Assembly: GCA_963665115.1 (NCBI GenBank)
Contig: OY762007.1
Location: forward strand, 2,592,001 to 2,656,000
Direction of reading: 5' to 3'
Origin: an uncultured Rivularia sp.
GTDB lineage: Bacteria; Cyanobacteriota; Cyanobacteriia; Cyanobacteriales; Nostocaceae
Length of the DNA: 64,000 bases
Each line of letters starts with the position of its first letter. Positions within the stretch are counted from its first letter, which is position 1. The position numbers and the translations under genes were made by a program. Shown in pieces: positions 54,145 through 64,000 of the stretch. A model generated the notes under the pieces. It was not told the origin of the DNA and did not search any database. It was given only the letters and a program-made list of their open reading frames with translations.

Positions 54145-54592
54145 TTGAATTTTAGAGTATTAGTCAATTGAATTAAGTTAGATTCTCATCCACCCGGTTT
54201 CTTTTAGAAGCCGGTTTTTTGATTTTATAGAATGCGAAATAAAATATTATTGCAGGGTGTGTTACGGCAGCTTAGAGCAACCTAGTAAACAGATATGTTA
54301 AATAAGCCGTAACGCACTATTCTTAATTAAGCTGTATAAAACCTCGAACGTAAATGTTGGGAAGGAGACGCATTTCGACATTTTTAATAACCATCAATAT
54401 TATTGCAAGCGTCTAACCCAACCTACAAACTATTGTATCGTTTTAGAATGTTAAAAAATATCTTCAAAAAATATTGATACGTATTCTTAATTACTGATTT
54501 ATAGCTTTGATTGAGTTTAATTAAAGACTTTACTCCTACTATTTCCGATCGTTGCTTCTTTAAGTAGAAATACACAAACATCCATCGTTAAT

Positions 54593-55762
54593 ATGATTAA
54601 TCAAAATTATCAGAGCATCACAAACAGTTCTCTTCTCAAAGAAATCACACCTCAAACTGCTTCCAAAAGCTCATTCAGTAGCTTTATAACATTCGGTGAT
54701 AGTCTTGCAGATGTCGGCAACATATATATTACCACCCGCTCAATTAATCCACCATCTCCACCCTACGCGGATGGACGCTTTTCCAACGGTGAATTAGTAC
54801 CAGAAATTATTGCCAAAGAATTAGGTTTATCAGCTTCTACCCCTTCGTTAGCTGGCGGAGATAACTATGCATTCGGAACAGCAGAAACTGGCTCTGGTTT
54901 TTCCGATGAAGGTTTACCCAATGTTGGCGAACAAATTAAAGCATACTTAAGTATAGATACACCTGCCGAAGGTGATATTTTCTTTATCACTGCTGGTTCA
55001 AATAATTTCTTCCCCGATATAGATGAAGAAATAACGCCGGATAATGTAGGTATTCCCACAAGCGTGTTAGAAGGATTAACAGAAAACATTACCACCTTAG
55101 CGGATGCTGGTGCAGAAAACTTTATTATTCCTAATATTGCCCTGTTGGGTTCGGTTCCATATGCAAGAAATGAGGGAATTAGCGATGCTTTAAATAGTGC
55201 ATCAACAGAATTTAATCGCTTACTAGATAGTAAATTAGATAGTCTCGAAAATGAACTGGGAATAAATATTTTTGAATTAGATGTTGCTACTGAAATTGCT
55301 CAGATTCAAGCAAATCCAGAGGCTTTCGGATTAACCAACGTTGAAGAGCCTGCTTTAAATGAAAATAATGAGATTGTCGTACCCAACCCCAATGAATATT
55401 TTTGGTGGGATGATTTTCATGCGACAACTGCTGTTTCAAATTTAGTTGCTCAAGCTGTAATTGACGAGATTCCTAAAAATACAGTTCGTACAAATACTAA
55501 TGCTTTTTCTTTAATTTCATATCAAGAAAATAGTAGCGAATCAGTGTTTAGCTACAGTATTGCAAACGAATCTTTAAACACTATCGACATAGATTCAGTA
55601 AATAAAGCCAACGCCAATTTGGAAAGAGAATTTTCTCAGGCTTTGTTAGCAACCAAATTTGATCGCCTAGAAGAGGTTTATTTATCTTACATTATTGCTC
55701 CCACAGCCAAAAATGACTTCTATCAAATAGAATTCGGGGATAGTATATTCAAAGATGGATAG
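54593..55762 (+). CDS. SGNH/GDSL esterase
   Basis: 'FGDSLADVGN','GRFSNG','NYAFG','GSNN','WDDFH'. Confidence 0.85.
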   Translation: MINQNYQSITNSSLLKEITPQTASKSSFSSFITFGDSLADVGNIYITTRSINPPSPPYADGRFSNGELVPEIIAKELGLSASTPSLAGGDNYAFGTAETGSGFSDEGLPNVGEQIKAYLSIDTPAEGDIFFITAGSNNFFPDIDEEITPDNVGIPTSVLEGLTENITTLADAGAENFIIPNIALLGSVPYARNEGISDALNSASTEFNRLLDSKLDSLENELGINIFELDVATEIAQIQANPEAFGLTNVEEPALNENNEIVVPNPNEYFWWDDFHATTAVSNLVAQAVIDEIPKNTVRTNTNAFSLISYQENSSESVFSYSIANESLNTIDIDSVNKANANLEREFSQALLATKFDRLEEVYLSYIIAPTAKNDFYQIEFGDSIFKDG

Positions 55763-56083
55763 CAAGTTGTAACGCACTATCTTTTCAATAAAACCTTCAT
55801 TGAAAATGTTAGGTTACTAGCTGCGGACACCCCTCTCCTTAGTAATAAGAGGGGAAGGGGGTGAGGTTTATCTGTATTCCTCAAACGTGAAAACCGCTAT
55901 ATTAAATAAAGCCGTGACGCACCATCTTTTTAATAAAACCTACATCGCAAATGTTGGGTTACGACACATTTTTAAATTTTCAATAACCATCAATATTATT
56001 GCAAGCGTTTAACCCAACCTACAAACTACATTAATAATTCATATAACAAAAATTATTATTAAATCCAGTTTTATCAGTATTTA

Positions 56084-56113
56084 TTTAACCTAAATATACC
56101 CTTTCCTTAACCT
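56084..56113 (+). promoter_or_regulatory. Pho box
   Basis: TTTAACCT / TATACCCT / CTTAACCT at 56084, 56095, 56106. Confidence 0.75.
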
Positions 56114-56203
56114 CTGAATGAAACATTTAAAGTGAATGTTTTTACCGTTTTTGTAAAAATATTCATCCAATTACTTATTTTATTTCAAGGATAAATACTT
56201 CCA

Positions 56204-59200
56204 ATGGCAAATAGTCAAAATAAACAGGATATCCGTTTCGCGACTTTCAATGCTGCGTTAAATCGCAACAGTGCGGGGGAATTAATAATCGATTTATCTA
56301 CTCCCGATAACGAACAAGCTCAATCTGTAGCTGAAATCATTCAGCGGACAAATCCCGATGTTTTGTTACTCAATGAGTTTGATTACGACGAAAATGGGAT
56401 TGCAATTTCTAATTTTAAACAAAACTATTTAGAAGTTAGTCAAAATGGTGTTGATACGGTAGATTATCCATATGTCTACTTGGCACCTTCTAACACCGGG
56501 ATTGCTTCGGGGTTCGATCTAAATAATGATGGTACTGTTGGTACCGAGCAAGGAACTTTCGATTTAGCTAATGATGCTTTTGGTTTTGGCACGTTTCCCG
56601 GACAGTATGGCATGGTACTGTTATCAAAGTATCCCATCGTAGAAGATGAAGTTCGGACTTTCCAGAATTTTCTATGGAAAGATATGCCGAATGGGTTTTT
56701 GAGTAATGATTCTAGTAACGAAAAACTTGAGGATTTTTACTCTTCAGAAGAAATCGATATTTTACGTCTTTCTTCTAAAAGTCATTGGGATGTTCCTGTT
56801 AATGTGAATGGCGAGATAATTCACGTTTTAGCTTCTCATCCCACACCACCAGTTTTTGACGGTGAAGAAGATAGAAACGGTAAGCGCAATCATGATGAAA
56901 TCCGCTTCTGGGCTGACTATGTAACTCCTGGAGAAGGCGATTATATTTACGATGATAATAATAGTAAAGGTGGATTAAATAGTAACGCAAAATTCGTGAT
57001 TATGGGCGATCAAAATGCCGATCCAAATGATGGCGACAGTAAAGATAATGCAATTTTGCAACTATTAGATAATCCCCAAATTAATACTTCTGTAACTCCG
57101 TCGAGTGAAGGTGGAGTAGACGCAACAGATCGTCAAGGTGGAGTTAATGAAAGTCATACTGGAAACCCGGCTTTTGATACTGCTGATTTTAACGATGAGA
57201 CTTCCGGTAATTTGCGGGTAGATTATGTGTTACCTTCTCGGAATTTAAATATAGAGGATGCAGGTGTATTTTGGACTACCAAAGAAGACCCTTTATTTAA
57301 CTTAATTGGAGATTTCCCCTTCCCTAATTCCGACCATCGTTTAGTATATACAGATATAAATATATCACCTGTAAATATGACTAATCAAAATCGCAAAGCT
57401 ATTACAAGTATCTCTTTCTTAGGAGAAACAAGTTTTCAAACAGGTTTAGATTTCAACGGTACGGAAGTTGGTGGACTTTCGGGGATTGCTTATGATGCTA
57501 GCAAAGGGATTTATTATTCGCTTTCCGACGATCGCAGCAACAAAAATCCCGCTCGGTTTTATACTCTTAATATAGATTTAAGCGACGGTAAGTTGAATAA
57601 TGGTGATATCACTTTTAACGGTGTCACGACTTTACAAAATGCAGATGGAAAACCTTTTGCTGAGGGTAGTTTAGATCCTGAAGGAATTGCGTTAACTCAA
57701 GAAGGTAATTTATATATTTCTTCTGAAGGGGATGCGAATAATTTAATTAATCCTTTCGTTAATAAGTTTTCTTTGCAAGGTAAACAGCTTAGCGAATTAC
57801 CAATACCGGAAAAATTTCAACCTACCGAAGATAAAACCAGCGGAATTCGCAATAATGCGGCTTTTGAAAGTTTAACAATTACTCCCAACCAGCGTTATTT
57901 ATATACTGCGACTGAAAATGCTTTGTTTCAAGATGGTGCGGCAGCAGATGTCGAACAAGAAAGTTTATCGCGAATTATAAAATATGACTTGACAACCGGA
58001 CAACCTGTAGGGGAGTTTGTTTACGAAGTTGGTGAAGTGGCTCAAGCTCCGGATTCTGAAACCGATTTTCGCACTAACGGTTTAGTTGAATTATTAGCGA
58101 CTGATAATAACGGCACATTGTTAGCTTTGGAGCGTTCATTTACTGCTGGCAAGGGTAATACAGTTAAGCTTTACGAAGTCCAAACTCAAGGTGCGTTGGA
58201 TGTTAGCAGTCAAAATAATTTAATTAATGAACTTAATGAATCAGAAAACGTACCTTTTGAAATCGATCCAGCGGTAGAAAAGCGGTTATTAATAGACTTT
58301 GCAGATTTGGGAATTACTCCCGATAATTTGGAAGGTTTGGCAAAGGGGGCCACAGTTAGAAGATGGGAATCAAAGTCTGATTGTTGTTAGCGATAATAAT
58401 TTCAGCGATACTCAAACAACTCAATTTCTTGCTCTGGGTTTAGATTTCAAAACGACTCCGGCAGTACTGCCAAAGTTGGAAACTCCTGATGTGGTTAATG
58501 TTAAAGATGCCCAAAATGCAATTCCTGGGGATGCTGACGATCCAGCGATTTGGGTAAATCCCAAAAATCCCGGTGAAAGTATCGTTATCGGAACTTTGAA
58601 AGATGGTGGTTTAGCAACTTTTAATTTGCAAGGGGAAACTCAGCAGATAATTGCACCAGCAGAATTTGGGCAACAGCGTTACAACAACGTCGATATTATC
58701 TACAATTTCCCGATCACATCAATGGTGGTTGATGCGGAATCGAAAGTTGATTTAGCAGTTGTTTCCGATAGAGCCAACGATAGTTTAGCTATTTTTACTA
58801 TTTCAGAAAACGGTGAACTTGAGAAGTTATCTACACCACAATTAGACAATCCAGATTTTTCAATTTTTGGTGAAGACGAGGGTGAAGCAACTGCTTACGG
58901 TTTAGCAACTTATACCAGTCCCGATGATGGTAAAACTTACGTTTTTGTTACCCAAGCAGACGGTAATAAAGTTGCTCAATTAGAATTAACTTCAAGATTA
59001 GGCCCCGCTGACGAACAGTTGATAGAAGCTGAAGTTGTCCGCACTATAGAATTACCAATACCGGAAGATGCAGAAGCAGAAGACGGACAAGCAGAAGGTT
59101 TAGTTGTAGATCAAGAATTGGGTTTTCTTTATGTAGCAATGGAAGACGGTGCGGGTATATTAAAATTCTCCGCAGCACCCGAAGCTGGTAGTGATTTCAC

Positions 59201-61036
59201 GGTAGTCCAAACTTCTCAAGAACCAGCCAATTTACAAAAAACTCCCTTTGCAGACTTTATTACATTCGGCGATAGCCTTGCAGATGTTGGTAACTTATTC
59301 CTTACTACTCAAGCAAATCCATTAACTGATGCATTTCCACCATCTCCACCATACGACGACGGACGCTTTTCCAACGGTGAATTAGTACCCGAAATAATTG
59401 CCAAACAATTGGGTTTCTCTGCTTCTACTCCTTCCCTTCAAGGTGGAGATAACTATGCATTCGGAAGTGCTGAAACTGGTTCTGGGCTTTCCGACGAAGG
59501 TGTACCAAATGTCGGCGAACAAATTAAATTATACCTCGCGACAGATGCGCCAACTGCAACTGATGTTTTCTTCATTACTGCGGGTTCAAATAATTTCTTC
59601 CCCGATATCAACAAAGAAAACACAGCGGAAAATATAGACACACCGCAAAGCGCTTTAGATGGATTAACAGAAAATATTACCACTTTAGCGGAGGCTGGTG
59701 CAGAAAACTTTATCATTCCTAACGCTGCACCTTTAGGTACGCTTCCCTTTGCCAATGCTGCTGGAATTAACGATGCTTTAAATACCGCATCAACTCAATT
59801 TAACACTTTACTCGATACCAAATTAGACGAACTTAAAGATGAACTAGGAATAAATATTATTGAATTAGATGTTGCAGGGGAATTTACGAGAATTCTAGCA
59901 AATCCCAGCGCTTTCGGGTTAACTAACGTTGATGCTCCAGCTTTAAATACAACCACCGGGGCTATTGTACCCAATCCCGACGAATACTTCTGGTGGGGGA
60001 CGAATTCCATCCGACTGCCGCCGCTTACAGTTTAATTGCTCAAGGTTTAGCTGACAAAATACCCGAAATTCAATTTGCAGCTACCAACGTTTCTCCTTTA
60101 GTTCCAGATATTGAAGGTTTATCAATATATTATGGTGCTGAGGGAACTGGTTATTTAATCGCGAATAGTCAAGGTGATTCTTCCTATGCTGTTTTCAGTC
60201 GTGAAGGTACAAACGAATATTTGGGTAGCTTCGTTGTCGGCGATAATAACGGAATCGATCAAGTAAACGAAAGTGATGGTTTAGATATTATTAACGTTGG
60301 TTTAGGAAGCGAATTTCCCAACGGTTTATTAGTAGTACAAGACGGTGCAAATGACCCGCAATTCGTGGTAGAAGATGAAGAAGAATTAGAAAATGCTAGC
60401 ACCAATTTTAAATTTGTTGATTGGGAGCAAGTAGCATCTTCATTTGAAAATCCCCTGCAAATTAATACTACCAGCTATAATCCCCGCGAAACTCCAGAAA
60501 TAACTTCGCAAACCACCAACTTCATCAACACCACCAACAAAGATGCAGATGGAAATGAAATCGAATTAATCGATCTTACAGCATTCGCAAATCAAACCGT
60601 AACAGCCAGCTTTGAAATTAACCGGAAAGCAGATTACAACAGCAACGTTTACTTCTACAAAGTTGATAACACTAACGGTGAAATTGGTAGTTTAGCACCC
60701 AATGCCAGCGGTTATCTGCAAGCAGCATTAAACAACATTGTTAACCCAAGCCAAGCATTAACAACCGCCGACGAGCAAACCACAACAGGAATGCTTGAAA
60801 TTGCAGGTGGGGATATTTTAGGTATTGCAATTGTCGCAGACGGAACTTTAGCACAAGCTCAAAACAATCTTGATAGCGTAGAAGGCGTGTACTTTTCCTA
60901 TATTGGCGCTAACACCGACAGCGGAAATTTTGACCATATCATATTTGAGGACAATATTTTCAAATTTGAAGACTTAGCCAACGGTGGAGATAAAGACTTC
61001 AACGATATGGAAATCAAAATGGAATTTAACAGTTGA
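56204..61036 (+). CDS. About 1610-aa multidomain enzyme: EEP phosphoesterase + phytase-like esterase + beta-propeller phytase with inserted GDSL domain + DUF4114-like module (frameshifts in G-runs near 58344-58348 and 59995-59999)
   Basis: EEP: 'FATFN','LLNEFD','SHPTPP','GDQNAD','RVDYVLP','SDH'; phytase-like: 'GGLSG','DPEGI','NAAFESL','NLEG','SDNNF'; BPP: 'DADDPAIW','NNVD','QAEGLVVD','DIEGLSIY','SQGD','QDG'; GDSL 'FGDSL'...'WDEFHP'. Confidence 0.85.
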
Positions 61037-61665
61037 GATTAAAGGTTCGTAGTAGCGCTGTCTTCGCATCCGATAAGAGGCTCTGAAACGCTACTACGAA
61101 AAACATTTCATTAATTAAAATCCGTCTTTAAATTATTATTTATTTATCTAATTAGCCAAAAGTAACAACACCAGCTAGATTATCATCAAACAAAAAACTA
61201 TGATATTTAAAAACTAATAAATACAAATAAAGAAAAAATCTAAAATCAAGTTTATTTACCTAAGTAATTGTAAGACGGGTAAAACCCATCCTACAAATAA
61301 AAAGCCCTCAGAAAAATTACAGCCCTTTGCAGCTAAATGAGGTACAAAGCTATATTCCGAAAGTTTTGTGGGATGGGCATCCCTGCCCGTCAGAATGTAC
61401 TTCACCAAAACTAAATATGCTGTACCATTATCTATAAGAAAGAAATCCCTTACAGCCTGCAATTAATCTATCCGGATTTTAGCTGAAGAAATCAAATAAG
61501 TATGTTTACCAAAAAACAAAATAATAATTAATCCGTAACTTGTTGTTAATAATTAGTAGTTAATTCTCCTTTTTTAATTATATGAAAACGGAATAATATT
61601 TCTCCGGGTGCCAAAATCTGCTGATGTCTGTTTTGTAAAAATGTGTTCCTTTATAAGCAGTAATA

Positions 61666-63540
61666 ATGGCTAATCCAAGTGCAAAAGAGCAGTATATGCT
61701 CGAATTGATCAACCGGATGCGTACTTCACCGGATGCTGAATATAATTTCTTAGTTAATTCTCCTAACGAAGATATTCAAAGCGCTCTCTCGTATTTCAAA
61801 GTTGATTTAAAAGAGTTGCGATCGCAGTGGGATAAGCTTCAACCCGCACAGCCGGTAGCTTGGTCTAATCAATTACATAACTCGGCTATTGCTCACACTC
61901 AATTAATGATTGATAATGACGAGCAATCGCACAATTTTCCTAACGAATTAAGTTTAGGCGATCGCATTCGCAATACTGGTTATCAATTTACGACGATAGC
62001 GGAAAATATCTATGCTTACGGAAGTTCGGTTTTTGAAAGTCATGCGGCTTTTGCTATCGATTGGGGAGATGATGCGAATGGAATCCAAAATCCCCCTGGA
62101 CACCGTAACGCTATCATGTCTGACAAATATCGGGAAGTTGGAATAGGCATTTTACCGGAAAATAATCTTGGTACTCAAGTCGGTTCGTTACTCACTACAC
62201 AACATTTTGCCAGCAGCCAGGAATTAGCAACAACCGATACATCCTGGTTGCTGGGTACAGTGTTTCGCGATGTTGATAACGATGACTTCTACAGCATCGG
62301 TGAAGGCTTAAGTGATATTACTGTTAAAATTAGCAGTATTGGCGACCCTAATTTCAGTACCTCAATTCAAACTCAAAATGCTGGTGGATACCAAACTTTA
62401 TTATCTCCCGGAGAATATCAAGTAGAGTTCATCCGAGCAAATAACACCGTTAAAACCGAGCAAGTCACTATTGATGACGAAAACTTCAAGCTCGACTTGA
62501 TGATAGATGGCGAAACCTATCAACTAGATAACGGAAGAGACGGACATTATAACTCCGGTAGCGGCGATGCAATAGTGTTTAATGCTTACACCGTTGATTC
62601 ACAATTAAAAACTATCGATTTTATATCTGTCGGTTTATCTAACTTAGGTAATCCATCAGCCGTTTTCCTCTATCAAGATAAAGATAACGACAAACAACCA
62701 GACAGTAACGAAAAAATATTAGAGGTTAAGACTAAACTTATAGAGAAACAGGGTTTTGCCAATATCCCTATTACACCAACAACTGTAGAAAATACCTTTT
62801 TTGTCGGTGCTTTATACGAAAATCAAGACAATAAGCCAACATGGATTCCTGTAGATAACGATTCTTCATCCAACCAATCTTGGATAGCTGCGACTGAGAC
62901 TGGTAATTTAGATCTAAATAGTTTCTCTACTTCCTTATTACAAGATAAAAATTGGCTCTTACGTGCTAGCTCATCAGACAGCGCAACATCGAAAGAAGTT
63001 ATTACACCAGACATCTCTACAAACAGCGATCGATCGAAACCTATCGGCACAAATTTACAAAAAAGCAACAGTATCGAGCTAATTGATTTAACTAACCAAA
63101 CAGGTACGGTAAATGCATCCGTCGAAGTAACACGCGATGCAGACTACGATAACCTTATCGGTTTTTATGCAGTTAATGATGCTAACGGTGGGATTAAAGT
63201 TAACGACGAAATAATCAACCCCAGTGATTCCAGATACAAACAAGCAGCTTTAGAAAACCGCATAACTAGTCTTGATTTGCTGCAAACCGATAACCGAGCA
63301 GAATTCAACGGAACATTTGAAGGCGGTAGTATATTTGCTCCCTTCATCATTGCCGATGGTAGCTTCAATGACGCTCTCAACAGCAAAGCAGAAGTATATT
63401 TTGCATACCAAGGAGCAAACACTGATAACTTCGATCATATTCGCTTAATTGGTGACAACGCTTTTGGTTTTGAAGACTTAGCCAACGGTGGCGACAAAGA
63501 CTATAACGATTTGATTATCAAAATGGATTTTACAATCTAA
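61666..63540 (+). CDS. CAP (SCP) domain protein with carboxypeptidase-regulatory-like domain and DUF4114-like C-terminus
   Basis: 'EQYMLELINRMR','QSH','AENI','PGHRNAIM...REVGIG'; C-terminal 'FGFEDLANGGDKDYND'. Confidence 0.82.
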   Translation: MANPSAKEQYMLELINRMRTSPDAEYNFLVNSPNEDIQSALSYFKVDLKELRSQWDKLQPAQPVAWSNQLHNSAIAHTQLMIDNDEQSHNFPNELSLGDRIRNTGYQFTTIAENIYAYGSSVFESHAAFAIDWGDDANGIQNPPGHRNAIMSDKYREVGIGILPENNLGTQVGSLLTTQHFASSQELATTDTSWLLGTVFRDVDNDDFYSIGEGLSDITVKISSIGDPNFSTSIQTQNAGGYQTLLSPGEYQVEFIRANNTVKTEQVTIDDENFKLDLMIDGETYQLDNGRDGHYNSGSGDAIVFNAYTVDSQLKTIDFISVGLSNLGNPSAVFLYQDKDNDKQPDSNEKILEVKTKLIEKQGFANIPITPTTVENTFFVGALYENQDNKPTWIPVDNDSSSNQSWIAATETGNLDLNSFSTSLLQDKNWLLRASSSDSATSKEVITPDISTNSDRSKPIGTNLQKSNSIELIDLTNQTGTVNASVEVTRDADYDNLIGFYAVNDANGGIKVNDEIINPSDSRYKQAALENRITSLDLLQTDNRAEFNGTFEGGSIFAPFIIADGSFNDALNSKAEVYFAYQGANTDNFDHIRLIGDNAFGFEDLANGGDKDYNDLIIKMDFTI

Positions 63541-64000
63541 AAAATCCTAAATCATTCGTACAAATTTTAATTATTAAGAAACCCGATTTTTTCGTAAAAT
63601 CGGGTTTTAATTTATATTGTGATAACTTGACATAGATAAATGAAGTCGTTCAACCTGGATGGGAGCCAACTTTTCCCTCACAGCTACAGGGAAAAGAACT
63701 TATGTACTATTTTTAGAAACATTAATTTTGCGGGGTATTCGGGAGTGTGTTAACGCAGTGTGTCCGTCAGGACATGCATCTTGCGTAGCGAATTACGACT
63801 AGGGAGCGAGACGCTGCCACTACAAATGTGTTACCCAACAAAATAAATGTGGCGGAGCATTGGTAATTCTAAAGAATCGCAAATTACCCAAAAATTATTT
63901 TCACTAAATTCTAATACCAACTCGCTTCATAACCTCACTATTACTTGCTCTATATTGGAGCAAACACTGATGGCTCTAGTTACCGTAAAGCTACTTGCAG

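Noticed and set aside
54486..54515. Pho box upstream of the free GDSL gene
   Set aside because: Only one or two weak octamers and no third repeat in phase; AT-rich background
6760..61036. Pseudogenes or programmed frameshifting in the split genes
   Set aside because: Breaks are 1-2 nt homopolymer indels in unrelated genes, including housekeeping-type fni; sequencing error is simpler
63870..64000. Partial gene at the window end
   Set aside because: No convincing open frame or motif on either strand

Overview
AT-rich chromosome segment of a filamentous, probably Nostocales-type cyanobacterium. This is inferred from frequent GCGATCGC HIP1 sites, heptamer tandem repeats, many short palindromic repeats and PEP-CTERM/DUF4114/RTX proteins. 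Two blocks stand out. (1) About 8.1-18.7 kb: an RNA damage/repair neighbourhood. A Phd-RelE-like toxin-antitoxin pair precedes hen1, an extra P-loop kinase, a Thg1-like 3'-5' nucleotidyltransferase, an inverted TPR gene plus a small ORF, and pnkp. A kinase-pilin fusion and a possible RNase-toxin/immunity pair follow. (2) About 32.2-63.5 kb: an organic-phosphorus scavenging island of large, acidic, signal-peptide-less modular enzymes (phytase-like/GDPD, three alkaline phosphatase genes, EEP-phytase with an inserted GDSL esterase). Five of them have 11-bp-periodic Pho boxes. They carry interchangeable C-terminal RTX-like or DUF4114-like modules. One gene encodes two tandem PhoA-fold domains in which all three canonical Zn-binding histidines appear replaced. 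At least 11 frameshifts, all at short homopolymer runs, are most likely sequencing errors, so split ORFs are merged here. No rRNA, tRNA, CRISPR array or transposase was recognised. All family assignments come from motifs read by eye, not from database searches.
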